A DNA stretch of 64,000 bases from Octopus bimaculoides. Lineage: Eukaryota. The notes under the pieces are model-generated. The model saw only the letters and a program-made list of their open reading frames with translations. It was not told the DNA's origin and ran no database searches. The DNA lies in assembly GCF_001194135.2 (NCBI RefSeq), contig NC_068982.1:84130219-84194218 (forward strand), in the 5' to 3' direction. Positions 21,464 to 33,734 of this stretch are shown here, in pieces. Every line of letters begins with the position of its first letter. Position 1 is the first letter of the stretch. Both the position numbers and the translations under genes were made by a program.

Positions 21464-21773
21464 ACACAAACACACACACACACACACACACACATACATA
21501 CATACATACAGACAGAGAGATAGATAAATAGCTAGCTAGCTAGATAGATAGATACATGCATACATACATACATACATATATTGAAAAATTGAACAAAAGA
21601 ATGACAAAGGAAAATTTACACTTAAGACATGGACATAATCTTTCTTCACCAGTTATCATTTAAAAACCATCACAATTTCACACCTTTAACAATAATTTTG
21701 TCCTTTTCGGTGGCGTTAACAGCAAAACGTTGCTGGGAATAATGAGTGAGCATAGAGGATAGTGAACCCAATA

Positions 21774-23647
21774 ATCATCATCATCATCATCGTTTAACGT
21801 CTGCTTTCCATGCTAGCATGGGTTGGACGATTTGACTGAGGACTGGTGAACCAGATGGCTCCAATCTGATTTGGCAGAGTTTCTATAGCTAGATGCCCTT
21901 CCTAACGCCAACTACTCCAAGAATGTAGTGGGTGCTTTTATGTGCCACTGGCACGAAGGTCAGTCAGGTGGTACTGGCAACGGCCACACTCAAAAGGCTG
22001 TTTTTTATGTGCCAGCGGCACTGACAACGACCTTGCACAAAAGATTTTCTAACATGCCACTGGTACAAGTGCTAGGAAGGTGATGCTGGTAACTATCACA
22101 CTCAAATGGTTCTATTTACGTGCTACTGGCGCAGAAGCCAGACAGCTGCTCTGGCAACGATCACGCTTGGACGGTACTCTTAGCACTCCTCTGGTACAGG
22201 TGCCATCACAATTTCGCTTTCACTTGCCCCAACAGGTCTTTGCAAGCCGAGTTGTGTCCAATGAAGGAGACGTTGGCATGGGTGCCAGTCGTTGAATTTA
22301 GTTTGATTTCGATTTCACTTGCCTCAACAGGTCTTCGCAAGTGGGCTGGCTACACCCCTGGCAGAGGCCTTGGATTACAGTCTCACTTGGCTTGCCGGGT
22401 CTTCTCACACGCAGCATATTTCCAAAGGTCTCAGTCAGAAGTCATTGCGTCGGTGAGGCCTAATGTTCAAAGGTCGTGCTTCACCACCTCATCCTAGATC
22501 TTCCTGGGTCTACCTCTTCCACAGGTACACTCAACCGCTAGGGTGTGGCACTTTTTCACACAGCTATCCTCATCCATTCTCGCCACATGACCATACCAGT
22601 GCAATTGTCTCTCTTGCACACCACAACTGATGCTTCTTAGGTCCAACTTTTCTCTCNNNNNNNNNNCTAGCAGCTACACTTTCAGTGCACCTTCCCCCAC
22701 TACTAACTTGGTCACCTAGATAGCGGAAGCTATCAACTACTTCTAGTTTTTCTCCCTGGAATGTGGCAGAAGTTGTTTTCTGCATATTTTCAGTGGTTAT
22801 TGATCCTGAACATCTGCCACATACAAAAACTAACTTCCCAGTTAATCTTCCTTTGATATTGCTGCACCAGTTGTGTGTCCATAGCTTGCACTGGGTACAT
22901 CTTATAGAGTTTATACCTACGCCTTTTCTACAGATAAAGCAGGGCCATCTACATGAAGGGGTTTGTGCTTTGTCTACCTTCCTACTTATTAGTACTTTGG
23001 TTTTAGCTAGGTTGACTCTAAGGCCCTTCGATTCTAGTCCTTACTTCCACACCTGAAACTTTTCCTCTAGTACTGATAGTGACTCAGCAATTAGCACAAG
23101 GTCATCAGCAAAGAGGAGCTCCCAGCAATTCCTGTGTTATTGCCTGGAGGACTATGATAAATAGGAGAGGGCTGAGGACAGAACCTTGATGGACCCCTAC
23201 CTCTACCCAGAATTCTTCACTGTACTCATTGTCAACCTTCACCTTACTGACAGCATCTCTGTACATGGCTCGCACAGCTCTCACTAACCATTCTTCTATT
23301 CCTAGTTTCCTCATTGACCACCAGATAAGGGATGGGGGACCCTGTCAAAGGCTTTCTCCATGTCAACGAAAGCCAGGTACAGAGGTTTATCCTTGGCTAG
23401 GTATTTCTCCTGAAGCTGTCTTACCAGAAATATAGTATCAGAGGTGTTTTTTCCTGGTACAAACCAAAACTGCATCTCATCTAAACTGACTTTCTCCCTA
23501 ATTAGTTGGGTTATGACCCTCTCCGTGACTTGCATTAACTGATCTAACAACTTGATATCTCTGTAATTATTTGTATCTAAAGCGTTACCTTTACCTTTGT
23601 AGCAGTTGACTATGGTGCTGCTACACCAGTCATTGGGTATGACTCCT
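21774..23647 (-). mobile_element. 5'-truncated RTE LINE (RT with PHD insertion, 3' UTR)
   Basis: (CAT)n at 21774; minus-strand peptides FVDMEKAFDRVP, GVHQGSVLSPLLF, VDSFRYLGDQ; PHD-coding block at about 22810-22960. Confidence 0.92.
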
Positions 23648-23649
23648 AA

Positions 23650-24075
23650 TCATTGGGTTGGAAATAAAGAAGAAAGCGAGGAAGAGAAGTATGACCGAAT
23701 ACATCAACAGTCAAGCAAAAAAAGACAGTTGAAAGGAGAATGGGATGGTCACATGATATCAAGAGGAGAAAAGAGAGAGAGAAAACAAGTGGTGAAATAC
23801 AGAGAAAAGGCTGAGGTAGAGATAGAAGCAAAGTAAAGGGAGAAAGGAGGGTAGATAGAAAGAAAGACAAACAGGAGATAAAAGAGATAGAGAGAAAGAA
23901 AGGCAGTGAAGGAGGGGTGCACAGAACAAGAGAGAAGGAGGGCAAATTGTAAAGTGAAAAGGGTAGACAGAAAAAGCAACAGATAGGTGAGGTGGTGAGA
24001 GAAGAGATAGATGGACAGGAAAAAGGAAAGTGTATGAGAGGGAAGGAAAGAGAGAGAGAGAAATGAGAAGAAAGA
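23650..24075. repeat. Purine-rich (GA/GAAA) low-complexity tract
   Basis: Directly visible; similar in character to the purine-rich tracts inside the older RTE 3' UTRs. Confidence 0.7.
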
Positions 24076-24087
24076 GAACTCATATCA

Positions 24088-24295
24088 AATATTGGTTTCA
24101 AATTTTGGTACAAGGCCCACAGTTTAAGGGGAGGGTCTAAGTCAATTATATCAACTGCAGTGCTCAACAGGTACTTATTTTATCGACCCCGGAAGGATGA
24201 AATGCAAAGTTGACCTCAACGAAATTTGAACTCAGAAGGTAAGGATGGGTGAAATGCCACTAAGTCTTTTGCTCAGTGTGCTACAACTATTACCT
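24088..24295 (+). mobile_element. SINE fragment
   Basis: ggtacttattttatcgaccccggaaggatgaaatgcaaagttgacc matches 1196-1265. Confidence 0.7.
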
Positions 24296-25282
24296 GTTGT
24301 ATGGGATGGGTGGGTGGGGGCAATATGAGTAAGAACAAGGTGGGTGCATGGCATTACATTAAATAATAATAATATTCAAAAATTAAACAGCAGGACAAAA
24401 AAAGAACATAGAGAAAATTTACACACGAGACATGGACATGCTCTTTCCTCGTCAAACAAGTATATGTTACTGATAGATGTAAGGATGCAGTGGTTATTAG
24501 TATTGATAGTAGATTATTTAAAACTTTGAAGGCTAGTGTGATATATCAAATGAACAACCAGAAAGAAAAAAGTTATTTCTTACAAATTTTATTTATCCAT
24601 TACAATTCATCATTAGGAACAGTAAACAGAGGCAGCAGTTACTAGTTGGCTGTTGTACAGTGGTAAGGGAATGATAGTAATGATAAGGCTAGCGTATTTT
24701 TGATACTATCTGTGCCAGATGTAAGTGCCGGGTGGAAGAAACAACATGTACCTTTGGTAGAGGTGCCAAATGAAAGACAGAAAATTCTGTTTGGGCTCTA
24801 TATTTATACATGTTTGAAAGCTGGAAGTAGGATTGGCAAACAAAATAAAATGAATGTGTTTATCAGTGTTGGACAGAATTTAACCTATGATGCTCAGTTA
24901 AAGAATAGAACTTATCTAAGTATAAAAGCTGACTCTCATAAATTTCCAAGTTCAAATGCCAAGAACAATAGAAAAAAGCTTACAGAAAAATCTAGACTTA
25001 GGGATTGGGTTATGGCTAAGAATCCAGGAAATGAATTGTTTCATATATCATAATACAGGTACATAATCCCTTGTCCGGAACCTTTGGGGGCAGCTATGTT
25101 CTGAAATTCAGATTTTTCCAGATTTCAGAATAAAAGCCAGCTGCCCCAGATTGTAAACTAGACATCAAAACAGATGTCCTACTACTGTAACAAAACACAT
25201 GTATACATACTCAGAATCAGTGGGGAAAATAAATAGTTGTAGAATAATATAGTGGCAAATGAACTAGTGAGCAAAATAAAAC

Positions 25283-25432
25283 GGAGCTTTCCGTCAGTTA
25301 CGACAACGCGGGTCCCAACTGATACAATCAATGGAACAGCTTGCTTGTGAGATTAACGTGCAAGTGGTTGAGCACTCCACAGACATGTGTACCCTTAGCA
25401 TAGTTATCAGAGAGATTCAGTGTGACACATGT
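25283..25432 (+). mobile_element. SINE body fragment nested in the Tigger 3' region
   Basis: ccgtcagttacgac...aacgtgcaagtggttgagcactccacagacatgtgtaccctta recognised as a conserved SINE-type body; no second copy in this window. Confidence 0.45.
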
Positions 25433-25639
25433 AAATATGTAGCTGTAGTTAAATTGTAGAACAGGGTCTGTCAGTGTCACCAATGTTGTCATCAGGTTGC
25501 AGGCAAATCTTTGATGGTGGACTTGGAATGGGATTCTCAAGTGATGAAGTAGCATTATAAGAGAGGGCATTTTTAAAGACTTCTTCAGGTGTCATCTGTC
25601 TCATTAGCATAGGTTTCTCTCTAAGCAATGTCTCTTTGA

Positions 25640-27155
25640 GTAAACTCCCATAATCTGTTGCTCACTTATAAATGCACATTGCTAAAGGCCAGCTATCAAC
25701 TGATCACAAATTTTCACTATATTGTCTATAGGAATTTTTTCATTCTAATTTGTATTTAACACCATTTCAACAATTTCCCCATTACTCAAGGAATACACAA
25801 CAAGTGCATCATTGTCATTGTTTAGCATTTCTTCAATGTCTGCTTCTTCTACATCACTTACACTTCTGCATGATAAACTTTTAGTGTAAGTTATGAGTTT
25901 TGATATCATCTTCTCATTAATGACACGAAATCCTCTGAACTCGTCTATAGGATCGTTTTCATCAAACATCATTACTGGCCACATTCTGTGCCAGGCATTT
26001 GTTACTGTTGATCTATCAACTTTATTCCAAGCATTCATGACTGAGTAAACGGCATCCTTAACAGTGAAATCTTTCAGATAGTCTTGCATTCTTACTCCTT
26101 TGTTGACTGCATCAAGCACACAGCTCATAAAGTTATTTTTATAGTTGTTCTTCATGGTGCATAAAATTCTTTGGTCATAAGGCTGTAAAAAAGATGTCAC
26201 GTTGGGAGGCAAGTAAATGCCAAAAACATCACTTTTCACAAGAACTTTGGCAGGGGTGGTGGTGTGGAGCAGTTGTCCAGGAACAATAGAATTTTAGTTT
26301 TCTTCCTGTCTAGCTTGCCTGCAATGAGCTTGTGCCACTGGTACAAAGTGATTATTGAACCAGTCAGAAAATATTTCTCAGGTTACCCATGCTTTTTTGT
26401 TTGTGTAATAATGGACATGTAAATTAGCTAGGCTATTCAGACATCTTGGACGTTGGCTTTTTCCAATGACTGCCAACTTCACCTTGTGTGTGCCTGCCCC
26501 ATTAACATATCCAAGAATAGTTAACCTTTTCAAAGCATCCTTAAAACCTATTGGTGCTGTCTCATCTGCCATTGTTAGGGTTTTTCTTGGAACATAACAC
26601 CAGTATGAAACTATTTCATCAGCATTGTAAATTTGTTAAGGGGAAAGGTTTCCATCAAATACGATCTTGGCAAATTGGTGATGTAACTTTCTGCAGCTTT
26701 GTAATCAGCAAAAGCTTTTTCACCACAAATTTTCAGATATTTTACACCATGATGCTTCTTAAATTTTTGCAGCCAACCATCTGAATATTGATACTCTCCT
26801 TCAATGTTCAACTCTCTATGATATATTCTAGCTTGTTTCACAACCAACAAACCATTCAGTGGTATATGTTCCCTTCTTTGTTGTCGAATCCATTCTATCA
26901 CCACACAATCAAGATCTTCATTTTTCGCCCTATGTAGTGTTTTCCTATTTTTCATTAGTTTTTGATCATCACTCTCACTATAGAACTTCAGTAATTTGTC
27001 TTTCTGTTTCTTTAAGTCATAAACTGTGCTAATTCCAACACCATATTCTCAAGTTTCTGTCGTAACTCCACTTTCTACGTTATTGATAACAATAAATGTT
27101 TCCTTTTCTTTTTCTCACTGTTATCCGTTGAGGTACCGGCAGTTCTTTTTGACAT
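25640..27155 (-). pseudogene. Tigger transposase pseudogene (frameshifted)
   Basis: ATG at 27155-27153; pieces in ORFs 26611-26955, 26378-26572 and 25745-26239. Confidence 0.88.
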
Positions 27156-27769
27156 TTTCAGGGTAAATTATATACAAGTCACAAGAAACAACACAAAGAC
27201 AGCAAACAGCAAATGGACATCTTCTCTCTACAAGTGTTGAGCCACAATTGACGCTTGGTGATAAGTGGTGGCTGACCTGTCAAGCATTGCTACCTCAGGT
27301 CTGAATGAGGTGGTTCACAGTAGTCAGCTGTTTGTGCACCAAACAACCTCTGTTATGATGTGCTCCATCCTTCACAAAAAAGCTCGGTTTTGGGGGCTTT
27401 CTGGATTTTAGATTTCCAGATAAAGGATTGTGTACCTGTAATAGTCTGATTCTACTCCCCATGACAAAGTTTTGAGGGTGTGTAGGACAAAGCCAGTCTC
27501 ATCAGTCTCATTACATGCTAGGAGCAGGGTGAGAGTTGTAGCCTCACTCACCAGTCAGCCAGCCCAAAGGTTGGGGTGGGCTGCACCTCCATCTCCCTGT
27601 TCTGATTCATCTGATGACCTTGTGACCATTCAAATGACTTTCCCAACATCAAATGGAGTATTATTTACAGAGGTCCTCTTCATTCATCAAAAGTGAGGAA
27701 GAGACAACTCCTCCACAATTTGTTTTGCAAGTTTTGGTGGTGGAGAAAGCATACCATCGTCATCAACAC

Positions 27770-28505
27770 TACATTTCATACAATAGCAATAATGGTTACC
27801 AGTTCTTTCATACTGCATATTTATTTCTAAAGGAGAAGAAAGTGTTGAATTATTTAATACCAAAATGCTCATCAATACCAAATACCAAAATAAAGAAGTG
27901 AGTCTGATAAAATATAAGGAAGGAAAGATTTGTTGATGCTCCACACATAAAACTGAAAAAGTCACTGTTGAAAAATCTTCATTTCTCAAAAATTCTAAGT
28001 TGAGATTCTATGACTATTTTTCTGACTTATTTATGGTCCAGAAAAATCTCCATAAATAACTCATCTGATATGGCAAGTCTTTCAGAAGCAACAGTGATAC
28101 AGTGGTGTCAATACATGAGAGATATAGCAAGTCACCATCTTGTATGTAATCCCTACCAAACTGGAGAAGTTGGGCACATTGCTGAAATAGATGAATCTTT
28201 GATGTGCAAAAGGAAATATAATAGAGGCAGAATACCACAGGAGAGGTGGGTTTTTAGAGGATGGAACAGAGAAGACAAAATAAGATTTTTAGTGTTTGTG
28301 AATGAGTGTTCCTCTGAAACTCAGCCCGCCCTTATCAGAAAATATATAAAACCAGGAACAACTATCCATTCTGATTGTTGGAGTGGATACAATGGAATAA
28401 CTAAAACTGATGTTGAACCACGGTATTAACTTTGTGCATACCAACTCAGTTGAATGTTACTGGAAAAATACAAAATGCAGATTCAAGAGTATGATGGGAG
28501 TACAT
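27770..28505 (+). pseudogene. Merlin (IS1016/ISXO2-like) transposase remnant
   Basis: AEIDESLMCKRKYNRGR, WVFRG, IKPGTTIHSDCWSGY and HTNSVECYW are diagnostic ISXO2/Merlin DDE motifs; stops and frameshifts; TIRs not located. Confidence 0.85.
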
Positions 28506-29171
28506 AAAATCCACCCCTCCCCCGATTTACAGTTTACACATATTTATACCCGTGGAGGTTTTTTTATCGCGGGTGCCATTGAGTTGCGCATGTGCATGCA
28601 TCCGTCTACTGACTAGCACAGGTGCACCCGTCCACTGACTAGCCAGGGGTGGGGGCTGGGGGCGACGGTTTCACTCTTCTTAAGTAGTACNNNNNNNNNN
28701 NNNNNNNNNNNNNNNNNNNNNNNNNNNNNNNNNNNNNNNNNNNNNNNNNNNNNNNNNNNNNNNNNNNNNNNNNNNNNNNNNNNNNNNNNNNNNNNNNNNN
28801 NNNNNNNNNNNNNNNNNNNNNNNNNNNNNNNNNNNNNNNNNNNNNNNNNNNNNNNNNNNNNNNNNNNNNNNNNNNNNNNNNNNNNNNNNNNNNNNNNNNN
28901 NNNNNNNNNNNNNNNNNNNNNNNNNNNNNNNNNNNNNNNNNNNNNNNNNNNNNNNNNNNNNNNNNNNNNNNNNNNNNNNNNNNNNNNNNNNNNNNNNNNN
29001 NNNNNNNNNNNNNNNNNNNNNNNNNNNNNNNNNNNNNNNNNNNNNNNNNNNNNNNNNNNNNNNNNNNNNNNNNNNNNNNNNNNNNNNNNNNNNNNNNNNN
29101 NNNNNNNNNNNNNNNNNNNNNNNNNNNNNNNNNNNNNNNNNNNNNNNNNNNNNNNNNNNNNNNNNNNNNNN

Positions 29172-29529
29172 CTTACGCTATGAATCCTAAATATCGGCCT
29201 TTTCCGTAAAAAGTGTCTTCGGCGATCTTTACCAAAGATCGGCCTTTTCCATAACACCCGCACGATTTTCACTACGGTGTTAGGGTTAGGGTTTTAGTGT
29301 CACGGTTAGAGTTTTAGGGTTACGGTTACGGTTAGGGACGGAATTCCCTAACCCTAATCCTAACTGTAAACCCTTCAAAAGAAATCGCGCTCTCTGTATC
29401 TCTTTCGCTTTTATGACGTCGTTTCCCTGTTTCTCTCCAACACTTTTTACGGAAAAGGCCGATCTTTAGTAAAGATCGCCGAAGACACTTTTTACGGAAA
29501 AGGCCGATATTTAGGACTCGTACCGTAAG
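29172..29529. mobile_element. MITE with ~79-bp internally repetitive TIRs and a central TTAGGG/CCCTAA tract
   Basis: Left cttacgctatgaatcctaaatatcggccttttccgtaaaaagtg... is the near-exact reverse complement of 29451-29529. Confidence 0.85.
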
Positions 29530-30420
29530 ATCGCCCCAGTATTTTAAAAAATCTAAGCTGTTAGAATATTTCTTTTATTTTTTTTGATTTCCAGTACTTC
29601 ATGAAGGAAGAAATCAAGAACCACTGCCCTAAGCAAAACAATGAGGCCGAAGCACAGTGAATGAAAAACAATTCTTCCGCGAATGCTGAATGAGCTAAAA
29701 CTAGAAAGTTCCCTCGAAAACCGACCGTTTGTGACGAGAACTGACCCCCATATCGAAAAAACAACTTCTAAAACTCTCGGTTAGCATTAATATTTTAAAT
29801 GAAAAAGTAACATTAAGAATGAAACGATTTATTCATAACCAAACAGGTACATGAATCTTCGAAGTTTGAAGGACGTCACAGTTTAAGTAGCTGACATGTC
29901 GCGGTATCTTGAAATTTGTAGGAAAGTTCTTGCAATCGGTCGGAACTACAGGTAAAGTGGAATAAAATTAACGCACTAATATGTTTATTCAAAATAGTGG
30001 TAATCGCATACTTTAGCTTTTCTTTCCGTTTGGCAAAGTACAATTTTATGTAGGTATGTCAAACAAGCAAGTACACTTGTGTCGGGGTGGGGGGTACAAC
30101 TCAGTAGTTATGCCCACTTGTGTAGGTATAACCAGATTTTAATGCTTAATTAGACGGGCGATAAATGTAAATTATACATGTGGTGCAGGTCGGGCATTGG
30201 CACAACATTTGTTTAAAATTATATCTTCTTTATTTGTTTAGGCATACACTCGTACACCCATTTGCTTCCTCCACACAAATACCAAGAAACAGAACACGTT
30301 CGCACAACACACCCATTAGCTTCCTCTTCCACTTCGATACGTCAAATAGATCAAGCACGCACACACATATACCGGAGTGTTTACAGTTGATAAGACTACA
30401 CGTGCTCACGGTACACTATT

Positions 30421-30500
30421 TTTCCCAGCTAAATGCTAGATTCAAATTTTTTTCTACTAAATGCTTAGAAGAAATGCTAGATGCAGTCTTAAAAATGGAT
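30421..30500 (-). mobile_element. hAT left-subterminal fragment (same family as 40090-40975 and 56693-58496)
   Basis: Reverse complement matches ttttaagac..ca.(c/t)tagcattt.ttctaagcatttagtagaaaaaa...tctagcatttagc at 40100-40170. Confidence 0.7.
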
Positions 30501-31441
30501 GTACAAACAAAGGGGAGACACTTAGCAATAAATATACGAGAATTGAAAAATGCGCACGTTCAAAAGGCTTACAGATTGTCATAATAAACCTTAAAAAGTA
30601 TGGGACTAGCATTGTTGCTCAAAAATATTGGAATCGCTATATGTTGTGCATTTTGCGGTATCTTAAAACGAAAAGAGACTCGTGTGAATTATGTCACAAT
30701 AATTATTAAATCGAGATTTTAATATAAAAATTTGAAAACGTACAAGATATGATCCTTAATTTCGAATAAGTAAATTCATTGTAATACTCTTCATACCAAA
30801 GTATATAAAAAACACTGCTTGCAAATTACCATAATAATAAAAAATAAAAAAACTGGATTTATGATGAAGTCGAATCTATATAACAGCTTTAACCTTTTTT
30901 ACCTGGTTGGGTGGTTCTTCGTTTATTTGTTTTTAAGGTTATGGTTATTCGTGAGTAACTCGCAGGTTTTCTAACCAATACTCAAGAAATTATGTAAATC
31001 TGACTCGTAAAGTATTATTCAATATTTATTTACTTTATTAAATTCAAATTCAATTGTTTAAACAGTATGATAAATAAAACAGGAGTGCTCTCCCATAGTT
31101 TACTTTTTTTTTTAGAAGGCATATGATAAAAGGCTTTTTCTAATTCGTTTTCTTCTAAGAGTTTACTTGTTGAGATGGATGACAAGTATTGAATTTCTTA
31201 ACTAATTCCTCAAACTACTCCAGACAGAATTTAGATAAATTATTTAAGGTCATGATAGAGAAAAATAGACACTGCAATGTCTTTTTCATGAGCGTGACAA
31301 TAATTCAACACTACAAGACATGAGGCAGCCTAAAAGTCACTGGAAAATATCAGAAAACCTGGGTTTCCAGAAGCGTCAGAAACAATTTTTGGTCGAATTT
31401 GACTTCGTCTAAACTTGTATTTTAGCGCCAATAGAAAATTT

Positions 31442-31578
31442 GGTAATTTTACAGATTAACACCCACATGATTACCTAACCCTAACCTTAAACACTAACCC
31501 TAACACTAACCCTAAAACCCTAACCCTGACCCTAACACCCTAGTGAAAATCGTGCGGGTGTTAATCTGAAAAATTACC
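31442..31578. mobile_element. Short (137-bp) MITE with 31-bp TIRs around a CCCTAA tract
   Basis: GGTAATTTTACAGATTAACACCCACATGATT (31442-31472) against the reverse complement of 31548-31578. Confidence 0.8.
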
Positions 31579-33106
31579 GAAAATTTTCACTAAACAACTC
31601 CAGTGTATTTCAAAACATATCTGCTTCGAAACTTTTTACTACACAGCGAAAATACGAAACCGAAATAGTTATAAGTAAAGATAATTCGCATTATGATACA
31701 CTATTATGCAAATTAAACAAATTATTTCTAAATTATTTTTGATTGATTATTTGTAAATTTATAAAAATTATCATTCATAGATTGAATTGTGACGTAATAA
31801 ATGACATTAGTATTTTGTACACAATTGTTTTGTTAAAATTGAGTATACAATAATTCAATTTAATTAATTTTTGGTACAACTTAATTTCGATNNNNNNNNN
31901 NNNNNNNNNNNNNNNNNNNNNNNNNNNNNNNNNNNNNNNNNNNNNNNNNNNNNNNNNNNNNNNNNNNNNNNNNNNNNNNNNNNNNNNNNNNNNNNNNNNN
32001 NNNNNNNNNNNNNNNNNNNNNNNNNNNNNNNNNNNNNNNNNNNNNNNNNNNNNNNNNNNNNNNNNNNNNNNNNNNNNNNNNNNNNNNNNNNNNNNNNNNN
32101 NNNNNNNNNNNNNNNNNNNNNNNNNNNNNNNNNNNNNNNNNNNNNNNNNNNNNNNNNNNNNNNNNNNNNNNNNNNNNNNNNNNNNNNNNNNNNNNNNNNN
32201 NNNNNNNNNNNNNNNNNNNNNNNNNNNNNNNNNNNNNNNNNNNNNNNNNNNNNNNNNNNNNNNNNNNNNNNNNNNNNNNNNNNNNNNNNGGATTGTGTAG
32301 AAAAAAAAATTAAATAAAAAAAAGGGGTGTTTATGGTAGGGTACAAAAGGAAGTCTTGCCCACCCGGTGTTTAGAGTTAGGTTTAGAGTTGGGGCTAGGA
32401 TTAGGGTTAGGGTTTTTGTTACGCCGAAAACGGGTGGTGTGTGTATTCTTCACCTCCGCCATAGAATGTACAGCATATAGTGATTCCAATATTTTTGAGC
32501 AACAATGCTAATCCCATACTTTTTAAGGTTTATTATGACAGTCTGTAACCCTTTTGAGCGTGCACACTTTTCAATGAATTAGAGTTTCGTACTTTTTAAG
32601 GCAATGCTTGTAATATTTTATATATGTACCGTATTTCTCCTAATGGTGTGGTAGACTCTAATAACCACCACCTGAACGCCAACCAATTGAAATAGTGTGA
32701 CTGTCACAATATTAAAAAATGTACGATACAATCGATAATAATTGTTGTATCATATAGAGAGATAAATGGTTGCAAGAATCTGGTCGAGTGACATGACTTT
32801 CCAGTATTATAATGAAAATTGCCATGGAAGCTGCAAATCCGACCAACAACCTCCAAAAAGTTAAAGAAATTGCAGTCATTCACCTCTGAGATAATATACC
32901 TCAATGGTGGGACCAGATTCATATTATCCTAATAAATTCATAAATGCACTTAAGCTATTCAAATAAAGCACTGTATAGAGATAAAAAGTTATATCTCACC
33001 ACCTCTGTCACATTTCCTGTCTGACCATCAAGCAAATGATTCATCAAATAATACTTGTTGCTTTATATTGGCCTTGAAAATTAATTTCATTTCGATTCAA
33101 TTTAAT

Positions 33107-33734
33107 TCAATTTTTCCAAGAATAACAGGTAGTTGTTAAGCAGTTTACACAGGAAGCTATGTACTGCTTGGAAGAGACGGCATCATCAATGATGGCCCAT
33201 TTGTCTTGGTTGCGAACAATGCTGGTGTAGTAGCCAGAGTCTGCTCTAGTCAACATGTGCAACACTGAGCTGATCAATCGGTATCTCTGGTTGTAAATGT
33301 TCTGCTTATTCAGAGAATAATTCATCAGCTCCAAATTAACCCTGACCATCTGATTGTCTATATATTTGAATTTGTTCAAATAAACAACCAGGTAACACAT
33401 AGTTTGGGAACGCATGGCTCACTCTACCAGTGTGCTTGGTGTCAATGCCACACAGACTGTACGTCCTGATAATTGAAGCTTCGTTTTTGAGCAAGCTCTT
33501 AAATTGTTGCCGACCACTAATAGGATGCAATATCAGATCAGACTCGAGGTCAGTTGTATTTGTGGAAGTGCCACAGCCGTTTGGTTGATGCACAGTCACA
33601 GTTATTATTGTGTAATTTGGGGCAATTGGCCTCGTGGTTTCTAGTGCACCTGAGCAATGTATTCTCCTCAAACATGAACATATAGTGATGTCAAGGTTAT
33701 CCATTTTATAGTGATAATGTAGATTTAATGACAC
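33107..33734 (-). pseudogene. USP (peptidase C19)-like deubiquitinase remnant
   Basis: YLVVYLNKF...YRLISSVLHM.TRADSGYYTSIVRNQDKWAIIDDAVS matches the USP His-box layout (GHY>GYY); decayed CxxC pairs upstream (PNGCG, YSLCG); frameshift near 33400. Confidence 0.65.

Larger units (their letters stand above)
25056..27438 (-). mobile_element. Full-length, decayed Tigger/pogo element with a Jerky-like (JRKL/TIGD2-like) transposase
   Basis: 25-bp TIRs CAGGTACATAATCCCTTGTCCGGAA and CAGGTACACAATCCTTTATCTGGAA (21/25), TA on both flanks; CENP-B-type HTH (EWIRQQR...SDGWLQKFKKHHG) and DDE_1 motifs (NADE, LLFLDNCS, LPPNVTSFLQPYDQ). Confidence 0.92.

Noticed and set aside
24600-24760. Strong donor-like GAT|GTAAGT and a minus-strand acceptor plus AATAAA
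   Set aside because: Short open frames only; such motifs occur by chance in 64 kb.
27490-27650. Minus-strand donor-like CTG|GTGAGT with a short open frame
   Set aside because: No good acceptor and no recognisable protein; may be Merlin flank.
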